Positions 40,563 through 47,710 of a DNA stretch of 59,363 nt are shown piece after piece; the first letter of the stretch is position 1; each line of letters begins with the position of its first letter. Source of the stretch: a virus (lineage: Duplodnaviria > Heunggongvirae > Uroviricota > Caudoviricetes); IMG/VR virus record IMGVR_UViG_3300028048_000083, positions 1-59,363 of that record; one strand, 5' to 3'. A program made the position numbers and the translations under genes. The notes under the pieces were generated by a model, which worked only from the letters and a program-made list of their open reading frames with translations, did no database searches and had not been told where the DNA came from.

Positions 40563-40790
40563 AAAGAAAACAGTAGGTGGGCTTGGAAGTAGCCATCCTT
40601 TAAAGAGTGACAGACTGTAACGGAGGACAAAAATCCTGGTGCAATACAAGCTTTAAAAGCCAGGATTCCTTATCGGCAGCAAGTAAACGTGAAACGTGAC
40701 GTGAAACCTATGATTACTACATTGTAAAATGATAATGCTTACCCATAACTAGTAGGCGGTCTTTGGTGTAACAACACACTGGTTTTCTTT
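40563..40790 (+). ncRNA. 23S rRNA H43-H44 (L11/GTPase-associated centre) mimic with internal insertion
   Basis: GGCTTGGAAGTAGCCATCCTTTAAAGAGTG...GTAACAACACACTGG closed by AAAGAAAAC/GTTTTCTTT. Confidence 0.8.
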
Positions 40791-40796
40791 TTTAAT

Positions 40797-40941
40797 GTAT
40801 CTGTGACGGGGAATTGGTATACCCGCGCTTTAAAAGTAGAGACTTCCGTGAAAGACGGATACACATCGTAAAAATTACGGTGAGGTCGAACGGTCATGTA
40901 AATGATGCCAGTTAATGATGGTTCAAATCCATCCAGGTACG
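40797..40941 (+). tRNA. Leu-type tRNA-like gene with greatly expanded anticodon/variable region
   Basis: GTATCTG/CAGGTAC acceptor, GGAATTGGTATA D loop, canonical T arm; anticodon not assignable. Confidence 0.55.
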
Positions 40942-41012
40942 CCCAAAGGCTGTACTGTTAAGCGATTTAGGTGCCAAAGACAATAAGTGTACTGAAACGG
41001 AGCAAAACAGGG

Positions 41013-41235
41013 TTGTAAACAGTTCGTCTAAAGTCTAAGAAATAATATGAACGCCGCAATAAATATCCTCAAAGAGGGGGAAAGAATAATAGGGTCCCGT
41101 AGACCCGAATTCACGCTTGTGGAGAACCCAACCGTGGACGACCGTCAGGCAGAGCCTGACCTAAGAAGCGGTGGTTCGTTGAAACAAGAAGCGGAAACTT
41201 GGGAATCATAAGATTTCATAGGTTTTTGTGTACGG
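41013..41235 (+). mobile_element. minimal non-autonomous IS607-like element retaining the tnpB 3' end / omegaRNA scaffold
   Basis: 41047-41211 encodes NAAINILKEGERIIGSRRPEFTLVENPTVDDR...LRSGGSLKQE, a typical TnpB C-terminal tail. GG at both inferred junctions. Confidence 0.7.
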
Positions 41236-41359
41236 TTTGTCATGTATTGACCATATAAATCATGACCCTATCATCGGTGGAAACGGTGGTCAAAACCAAG
41301 ATGGAGTACTACATCAGCAAGTGAGGGTTTCGAGTTAACGTTAGTAGCTTGCAAATTTT

Positions 41360-41432
41360 GGGAGCATAGCTCAGCTGGTAGAGCGTCGGACTGTTAATCC
41401 GCAGGTCGTAGGTTCGAACCCTACTGCTCCCG
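41360..41432 (+). tRNA. tRNA-Asn(GTT)
   Basis: Canonical cloverleaf. Confidence 0.95.
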
Positions 41433-41440
41433 CAAATTAT

Positions 41441-41507
41441 GGAACCCGTACAGCAAACAATATTTTAGGACCGAACTTTTAATTCGATATTCTACTTTGG
41501 GTTCTGA
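41441..41507 (+). ncRNA. ACAGCAA-stem RNA element E3 with Lys-like anticodon hairpin
   Basis: GGAACCC...GGGTTCT-GA; internal CGAA-CTTTTAA-TTCG. Confidence 0.7.
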
Positions 41508-41536
41508 CGAGAAATTTACCTCGACTTGGCAAGATG

Positions 41537-41601
41537 GAAGTCGTACAGCAAACAAAATTAATTCTGAACCATTTATATCGGAAATGTAAATCGACTTCTG
41601 A
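41537..41601 (+). ncRNA. ACAGCAA-stem RNA element E4
   Basis: GAAGTCG...CGACTTC-TGA; compensatory A-T to G-C change relative to E2. Confidence 0.72.
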
Positions 41602-41678
41602 AAAAAATTAAAAATATTTAAGTTCACAAGCATTATTTTCCACAAATAAGATATTTATATTAAACAATAGTTATAAAT

Positions 41679-42578
41679 ATGCTTAATATAGATATTTCAA
41701 CGGAAGAGAAGCGTAAAGAAACTTTTGAACTTTTTGATAAAATGTTATCAAAAGGAGATATTTTTAAATATTATGGAGTTTCGGATAACACAAAAAATAC
41801 AAATGAATTAAATAGAATTGGTGATATAATAGGTTTTGATTTTTCAATTTATAATAGAAGAAAACATCCAGATAGATTTTGTAAATTATGCGGTAAAAAA
41901 CTTAATTATGGCCAAGATTTATTTTGTTCTAAAAGCTGCTCAGCAAAATATAATAATAAACATCACGTTAGAACCGAAGAAAGTAAACGTAAAACATCTA
42001 AAAGTTTGATTAATTATCACAAAAATAATATAGAAAATAGTGATAAAATATTAATTATAACTGAAGATGGTGATGAAAAGATTTTACATGAACACGTTTG
42101 TGAATGTTGTGGTAAGATTTTCCATAGTAAGAAAAAAAACCGAAAATTCTGTTCTAGAAAATGCTCAGTTAAAAATAGAAGTGATAGATATCGAAACAAT
42201 ATAGATGAATACAAAATATATCATATAGCTTGTGATTTTAAATTTTCGCTAAATGATTATCCTAATGAATTCAATTTTCAGTTGATTGAGGAATATGGGT
42301 GGTATAAAGCAAAAAATCATGGCAACAATTTAAATGGAATAAGTAGAGACCATATATTGTCAGTTCGTGATGGGTTTGAGAATAAAATTGACCCTTATTA
42401 TTTATCTCATCCAGCTAATTGTAATCTTATGATACATAATGATAATATATCAAAACATAAACATTCAGATATTACTTTCGAAGAACTTTTAGAGAGAATA
42501 AAAGAATGGGAAAATAAATATGGCATATATGAAAATAAAATTTCATATGTTGGTATAGAAAGTTTTCAAACAAAATAA
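41679..42578 (+). CDS. His-Me (HNH-like) endonuclease with Zn-finger repeats
   Basis: IDISTEEK N-terminal module; CxxC...FCSxxC repeats; SRDH...HPANC..M.HNDN. Confidence 0.75.
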   Translation: MLNIDISTEEKRKETFELFDKMLSKGDIFKYYGVSDNTKNTNELNRIGDIIGFDFSIYNRRKHPDRFCKLCGKKLNYGQDLFCSKSCSAKYNNKHHVRTEESKRKTSKSLINYHKNNIENSDKILIITEDGDEKILHEHVCECCGKIFHSKKKNRKFCSRKCSVKNRSDRYRNNIDEYKIYHIACDFKFSLNDYPNEFNFQLIEEYGWYKAKNHGNNLNGISRDHILSVRDGFENKIDPYYLSHPANCNLMIHNDNISKHKHSDITFEELLERIKEWENKYGIYENKISYVGIESFQTK

Positions 42579-42583
42579 AATAT

Positions 42584-42655
42584 GGGGTCTTCATATAACG
42601 GCTATTATGAGTGGTTTGCAACCACTTCATGTGGGTTCGATTCCCACAGACTCCA
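42584..42655 (+). tRNA. tRNA-Ala(TGC)
   Basis: Loop TTTGCAA; G3.U70; A73. Confidence 0.85.
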
Positions 42656-42701
42656 CAAATTTAGTTACTTATGACATGGATTAACTAGGTGACAGATAAT
42701 T

Positions 42702-42776
42702 GGTCCATTGGTCTAGTGGTTAGGATACGTGACTGTCTATCACGGGGCGAGGGTTCGATTCCCTCATGGACCGCCA
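42702..42776 (+). tRNA. tRNA-Asp(GTC)
   Basis: Canonical; G73; encoded CCA. Confidence 0.95.
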
Positions 42777-42890
42777 AAAAAAAATTAAAATTTTTGTGGA
42801 AAAAACATGAAGATTTTGGTTATGTATGTGTCTTTGATAGACAAGAGGTATTTGACATGTTGAAGATTGGATACAAATAAGAGAATAAGT

Positions 42891-43023
42891 GTTTTTGTAT
42901 GCAAGAGGCTGAAGCAGGAGGTTGTTAAGGATGCGTCCCTAAAACCGCCAGAGTTTTTCCGAGACACGTTCATTCGGAATTAAAAAAGTTACTCTCACGT
43001 TGGTTCAAATCCAACCAAAAGCA
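42891..43023 (+). tRNA. expanded tRNA-like gene ending its anticodon loop in CTAAA (possible second amber suppressor)
   Basis: GTTTTTG/CAAAAGC acceptor, D arm and T arm present; 21-nt anticodon loop; ~50-nt variable arm. Confidence 0.45.
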
Positions 43024-43356
43024 CAAAAAGGCATATGGTGGCGTTATGCGACGTACCCAAAGCTAATAGATGGTGATACTAGTGAAAAGTCGTGTTGGAT
43101 ATGGGTATGAGGAATTCCAACTTAGGATAGGTCACCCGCAACGTGCCTTTTATTTTTCAAGTTATTGGCAGTCAGAAAGAAGTTGCAAATTCTTTTAAAG
43201 CCGAAGTAGAATGTCCCTTATGTTCTGACACATAAGGTTCGGGGATAGGGATGATGTTCTTCGGTAATGTTAAAGAAGTCGTAATCCAGTAACGGACGTG
43301 ATATAAGTGTACACATATCACGGAAGGCTACGTCGGTAACGTTACAACCATAAATT

Positions 43357-43428
43357 CGAGGATGTAGTGTAATTGGCAACACACGTCATTTGGGATGACG
43401 AGTTGGCGTTCGAGTCGCACATCCTCGA
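43357..43428 (+). tRNA. tRNA-Pro(TGG)
   Basis: CGTCA-TTTGGGA-TGACG; T stem imperfect. Confidence 0.8.
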
Positions 43429-43485
43429 CAAGTTTTAGTTCGAAATTTGTTTTTCCGACTATTTATAATTAAATTAAGTTTAATT

Positions 43486-44139
43486 ATGGATAGTATAATA
43501 AAAGAACAAATTTTAAATTGTAAAAGTTATGCAGAAGCGATTCGTATATTGTATGGTAAAAATTATACAAATGGAAAATTGCAAGAAAAAGTTAGACAAG
43601 ATTGTTTAAATAATGGTATCGATTTTCAATCTGTTTTAGAAAAAAATAATACAAAACATTGTTTAAATTGTGGGAAAATTCTTGAATTAAAATCGCAATC
43701 CAAATTCTGTTCATCTTCATGCGCAGCTAAAATCAATAATACAAAACGCAAAAAAGAGAAGTATTGTATTAATTGTGGAACACAGATAGATAATAACCAA
43801 AAATTTTGTTCAAATAAATGTCAATGTGAGTTTAAAGCTAAAGAAATTACAAATCAATGGCTAAATAATGAACATAGTGGATGCGATAAAAATGGTGAAT
43901 TAAGTGAATTCGTTAGAAGGTATGTTTTAGAATTACATGAACATAAATGTGATGTGTGTGGTTTTAATGAAAAAAACCCATTTAGTGGTAATGAAATATT
44001 AGAAATACATCATATTGATGGTGATTGTTTTAATAATAACTTATCAAATTTACAAGTTCTTTGTCCAACACATCACGCAATGACATATAATTATGGTCGT
44101 AGAAATTACAATTGCACTAGAAAACGTTATAAAAAATAG
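43486..44139 (+). CDS. HNH endonuclease with Zn-finger repeats
   Basis: LEIHHIDGD..NN..SNLQVLCPTHHA; ATG at 43486. Confidence 0.9.
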   Translation: MDSIIKEQILNCKSYAEAIRILYGKNYTNGKLQEKVRQDCLNNGIDFQSVLEKNNTKHCLNCGKILELKSQSKFCSSSCAAKINNTKRKKEKYCINCGTQIDNNQKFCSNKCQCEFKAKEITNQWLNNEHSGCDKNGELSEFVRRYVLELHEHKCDVCGFNEKNPFSGNEILEIHHIDGDCFNNNLSNLQVLCPTHHAMTYNYGRRNYNCTRKRYKK

Positions 44140-44170
44140 CGGGTCGCGGGTTCAAGTCCCGTCTTCCGCT
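44140..44170 (+). pseudogene. orphan 3' half of a tRNA (Gly-like)
   Basis: GGTC-GCGGG-TTCAAGT-CCCGT-CTTCCGC-T directly after the HNH stop; no matching 5' half found. Confidence 0.75.
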
Positions 44171-44192
44171 CTAACCAAAAAACAAATCTAAA

Positions 44193-44585
44193 ATGAAGTT
44201 AATAAGTGTTATTTTGTTGTTATGGGAATTACCCCAAATTTTGTTGGGCAGGATGTTATCCAGAAAAACTGGCAGGTATGCTCATACGGTCGACGGTGTC
44301 CGTATTTATGTAACTGACAAGTTTGACGGAATGTCATTGGGCGACACAGTGTTTGTTAACCCAAATGCAAGTGAAGGAACGTGGCTAGTCAAACATGAGT
44401 TTGGTCATGTGAAACAAAGCCGATATCTTGGGTGGCTGTATTTGCCGTTGATTTTCGTGCCGTCATATGTTTGGAACAAATTCATTTCGTTTGTTGATGG
44501 TCTGAATGTCATGGAAGACTGGCGTTTAACTTATGTTTATCATCAGTTTTACACGGAATGGTGGGCAAACTGGCTTATAGCTTAG
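44193..44585 (+). CDS. putative Zn-metallopeptidase-like membrane protein
   Basis: HEFGH (HExxH) motif; hydrophobic segments; TEWWAN. Confidence 0.7.
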   Translation: MKLISVILLLWELPQILLGRMLSRKTGRYAHTVDGVRIYVTDKFDGMSLGDTVFVNPNASEGTWLVKHEFGHVKQSRYLGWLYLPLIFVPSYVWNKFISFVDGLNVMEDWRLTYVYHQFYTEWWANWLIA

Positions 44586-44591
44586 TATAAT

Positions 44592-44664
44592 TGTCCCATT
44601 GCATAAGGGTAGTGCGGCGGGTTTTGGTCCCGCGTCTGTCGAGGTTCGAATCCTCGTGGGACAA
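44592..44664 (+). tRNA. tRNA-Gln(TTG)
   Basis: Cloverleaf; TTTTGGT loop; U1-A72. Confidence 0.9.
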
Positions 44665-44787
44665 CAAAATCGCATATGGCAATAAAATCCCCAAAATAAA
44701 ATAGTATCGGCAAGTGCTAGAATAGCCACGGGGATATGCGTTGGACGTTAACTGTATAAAATTGCCGTTTTATATGGGGTCGAAAAA

Positions 44788-44858
44788 AATGCTTTGGTGT
44801 AACGGCAGCACGTCCGTCGTGGAGACGGAAGGTCTGGGTTCGAATCCCAGTAGTGTTC
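44788..44858 (+). tRNA. His-like tRNA with aberrant anticodon loop (CGTGGAG)
   Basis: D and T arms normal; C73; GTG off-register and no U33. Confidence 0.55.
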
Positions 44859-44860
44859 AA

Positions 44861-45125
44861 AGTGACGGTTGTTGATAGTCATTCGAATGTATGTAAGACT
44901 TCGGTTCGAATCCGAACAGGTCCACGATGTTACCGATATTAAAAAGGGGCATGAAGGTCGCGGTCACCTTAAGACCGTATTTGGGCTTGACTTGGTTTTG
45001 ATTGCATATTAGTAGGGTGGAAGTAGACTGTTACTGAAGTTGTTTAAACGGCAACACAAACTATTCTTATCGCATGGCTGCCTAAGTTGGGCACCCACAG
45101 CGGGGCTGGCAACGAGCCAAATCGT
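44861..45125 (+). ncRNA. ssrA: circularly permuted (two-piece) tmRNA
   Basis: Acceptor piece 44861-44924 (T arm + CAGGTCC-A) precedes coding piece from 44983 (GGGCTTG...GGTTTTGA). G3.U70 present. Tag GNTNYSYRMAA* at 45050-45085. Confidence 0.88.
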
Positions 45126-45334
45126 TGCTTTATTTTGAAAACTTGACAGTCCCCCACACATACATTAAAATTGACAGTGCAGGCTCAGACCGTTTGTGTG
45201 TTATACAGACGTGGCTGACCAATGACCATTGCCTTGTATGACCAGGTGGGAACGATGCGCCAGACTATAGTGGTACATCGTTGAAGCGGGCACACCAGCG
45301 TGGAAGCAAGAGCTTTTCTGGTGTTTTCTTTTTT

Positions 45335-45415
45335 GGAGGACTGGTGAAATTGGCAGACACGTGGGGTTTAAGCTCCCATGCCTAGTGCGTCTGGGTTCGA
45401 GTCCCAGGTCCTCTA
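45335..45415 (+). tRNA. tRNA-Leu(TAA)
   Basis: Cloverleaf with variable arm; TTTAAGC loop. Confidence 0.9.
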
Positions 45416-45920
45416 CATTCAAGCATTAAAAATAATTGATTGACAGATAACAAAAAATATAACCTAAATTGAAATTTGTGTAATTGATAGTATAGAGCCA
45501 GTTGTCCCAAACTATCGTTAATACTTGGTGGTGAATCAAGAAGCGCAGGGAAATGCGGGCATCGCAGGAGTAGCGCTATTATGCTTACTTGCAAGAATTT
45601 CGATATAGGTTTTTTTCAAGTTGCTGGGTCGCGCCCAGCCATCGGATTAATTTTCGGAAAAGTTTGGTCTTCCGATGCTAAATGACTACAAACTCCCTTT
45701 GTATTACGATACCAACGTGGATGTAATATGAAGTATAAGCTGGTTATAAGAATACAGTCTTATTCGAAGCCAGATAGCGATACGTTGGTCTTTTGACTCT
45801 GTGGGTATTTGAGAGCATATTCAAACCCAATCAGATAGGACATGCACTGGAAGATACGGATGAAGGAGACTCCGAAGCATTTATAGAGTGTGCGGTAAAC
45901 CGTATTAAGACGCACAAATT

Positions 45921-46005
45921 GGAGGGGTGGCAAAGCGGTTGATTGCGGTGCTTTTGAAAAGCATTGGGTGTTACAGCCCTGTAGGTTCGAATCCTATACC
46001 CTCCG
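45921..46005 (+). tRNA. tRNA-Ser(TGA), second copy
   Basis: Cloverleaf with variable arm; G73. Confidence 0.9.
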
Positions 46006-46085
46006 CGACTGTAACTTTTTTTTTTTACTCGAATCATTATTTTTCCGCAGAAGAGACTATTTATATTATATAGGATTTTAGTAAT

Positions 46086-46931
46086 ATGAATAGGATTGAT
46101 ATTAGCACGGAAGAAAAAAAACAAGAAGTTTATGATTTATTCAAAAATTTCAAGAATAAGTCACAAATACATGTGTATTATGGAATAAGTGACAATTCGC
46201 AAGGTTGTCAGTATATAAAAGAGGTTGCTGATGAGATTGGTTTTGATTTAAGTTCATATAAAAAGAAAGAAACAAGATATTGTTTGGAGTGTGGTGCTGA
46301 GTTAAAAAAAGGCCAAACCAAGTTTTGTTGCAAATCATGTGCGGTTGCTTATAATAATAGACAGCGTGATAAATCGGTATATGAAAAAGTTGCATCAAAA
46401 TTAAGGAAAAACCAAAAACATAATAAGAAAGAGGATAAATATTGTGTTGTTTGTGGTAAACCGTTAATTGGTAGACAACACAAATTTTGTTCTAAAAGCT
46501 GTAGAAATAAATATTATTATTCAAACAATGGATATGAAGTAGTATGTGTTGAATGCGGTAAAATATTTAAAGCCACTGATTCTGAAAGAAGGTTTTGTTC
46601 AAATTCGTGTTGTACGAAGTATAAACAGGAAAAACTTATAGAGGAATGGTTGAAAGGAAATTTAGAAATAAACGGAAACTCTGGATTATGTGATAGTATA
46701 AGAAAATTCCTTTTTGATAAAACAAAATATAAATGTCAAAAGTGTGGTTTTGAAGGATATAATGAAGTAACTGGTAATACAATATTGCAAATTCATCATA
46801 AAGATGGTGATTGTAATAATAACACACCAGAAAATTTAGAAGTTTTATGTCCAAATTGTCATGCTATGACTGAAAACTATATGGGATTAAATCGTGGAAA
46901 GTCAACAAGAATTAAAAGATATTATAAATAG
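46086..46931 (+). CDS. HNH endonuclease with IDISTEEK module and Zn-finger repeats
   Basis: LQIHHKDGD..NN...NLEVLCPNCHA. Confidence 0.9.
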   Translation: MNRIDISTEEKKQEVYDLFKNFKNKSQIHVYYGISDNSQGCQYIKEVADEIGFDLSSYKKKETRYCLECGAELKKGQTKFCCKSCAVAYNNRQRDKSVYEKVASKLRKNQKHNKKEDKYCVVCGKPLIGRQHKFCSKSCRNKYYYSNNGYEVVCVECGKIFKATDSERRFCSNSCCTKYKQEKLIEEWLKGNLEINGNSGLCDSIRKFLFDKTKYKCQKCGFEGYNEVTGNTILQIHHKDGDCNNNTPENLEVLCPNCHAMTENYMGLNRGKSTRIKRYYK

Positions 46932-47017
46932 AGGGTTACCCAAGTTGGTGAAGGGGACAGACTGCTAATTTGTTAGGACGCTTCGGTGTCTCGTGGGTTC
47001 GAATCCCACCCCCTCCG
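46930..47017 (+). tRNA. tRNA-Ser(GCT)
   Basis: CTGCTAA loop; 5' end overlaps the HNH stop codon; A1.C72 mismatch. Confidence 0.85.
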
Positions 47018-47112
47018 CAATGGGGTCGTCTTCCATGTTATCCGACCACAAAATATAAATAAGATGCTTGGTGACATTGGTACCGTTCGAATAAGGTGAA
47101 TGGTACAACTGT

Positions 47113-47249
47113 AGGAGTGTAGTTTAACGGTAGAATGACGGTCTCCGTACAGGGTGGCTCCTGAGAGAGGCTTAAATCAACGAATATTGTTTAGAGATAG
47201 ACAATATTTGACAAAACCGTAGATGTTGGTTCGATTCCAGCCACTCCTG
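47113..47249 (+). tRNA. tRNA-Trp(CCA) with 66-nt insertion in the anticodon
   Basis: ACGGT-CTCC[insert 47147-47212]AAA-ACCGT; G73. Confidence 0.82.
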
Positions 47250-47386
47250 CAAAATGCTAGCAAACGTTGCATAAGGATAAGGTTTCAAGCCCCACTGAAT
47301 CCGTTCAAGTCGGATTGAAATTAACTTGGAGTTGTTTCCAGGGACTGCAACGAGTCTGTATAGTGGGGATAGAGGCAGACAAATAT

Positions 47387-47509
47387 TGGGAAGTCGTCTA
47401 GTGGTAGGACGCGGATAAATGGTGACTTTTGGTTATGAAAGTCGGACAGCAATTGATTCTATACATGCTTTGGGTGCCCGTTACGCTGGTTCGAATCCAG
47501 CCTTCCCAG
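47387..47509 (+). tRNA. tRNA-Pro(TGG) with 52-nt insertion at 29/30
   Basis: CGG[47415-47466]GC-TTTGGGT-GCCCG; removal gives a perfect 5-bp stem. Confidence 0.85.
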
Positions 47510-47710
47510 CAAAAAATGTTATTTTGCAGAGTTGCATAACTGCATAGTTGGCATTAAAATGTACATGAAACACGATGAGAACGCGGGGTGGGTTCCACAC
47601 CAATAAAAAGGGTCTTGTTGCCGTGGTGATAATAAGCAAGAGTTGAGGCTTGTGGAGAACGGAATACATAGTTTATATATTAAAACGGTACATTGTAACA
47701 TTTTTTTAAC

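Noticed and set aside
40950-41340. RNase P RNA in the flanks of the IS607-like element or at 45.5-45.9 kb
   Set aside because: Scattered resemblance (GGAAACGGT, GGTAAACC) but no GAGGAAAGTCC / ACAGAA..CGGC P4 pair.
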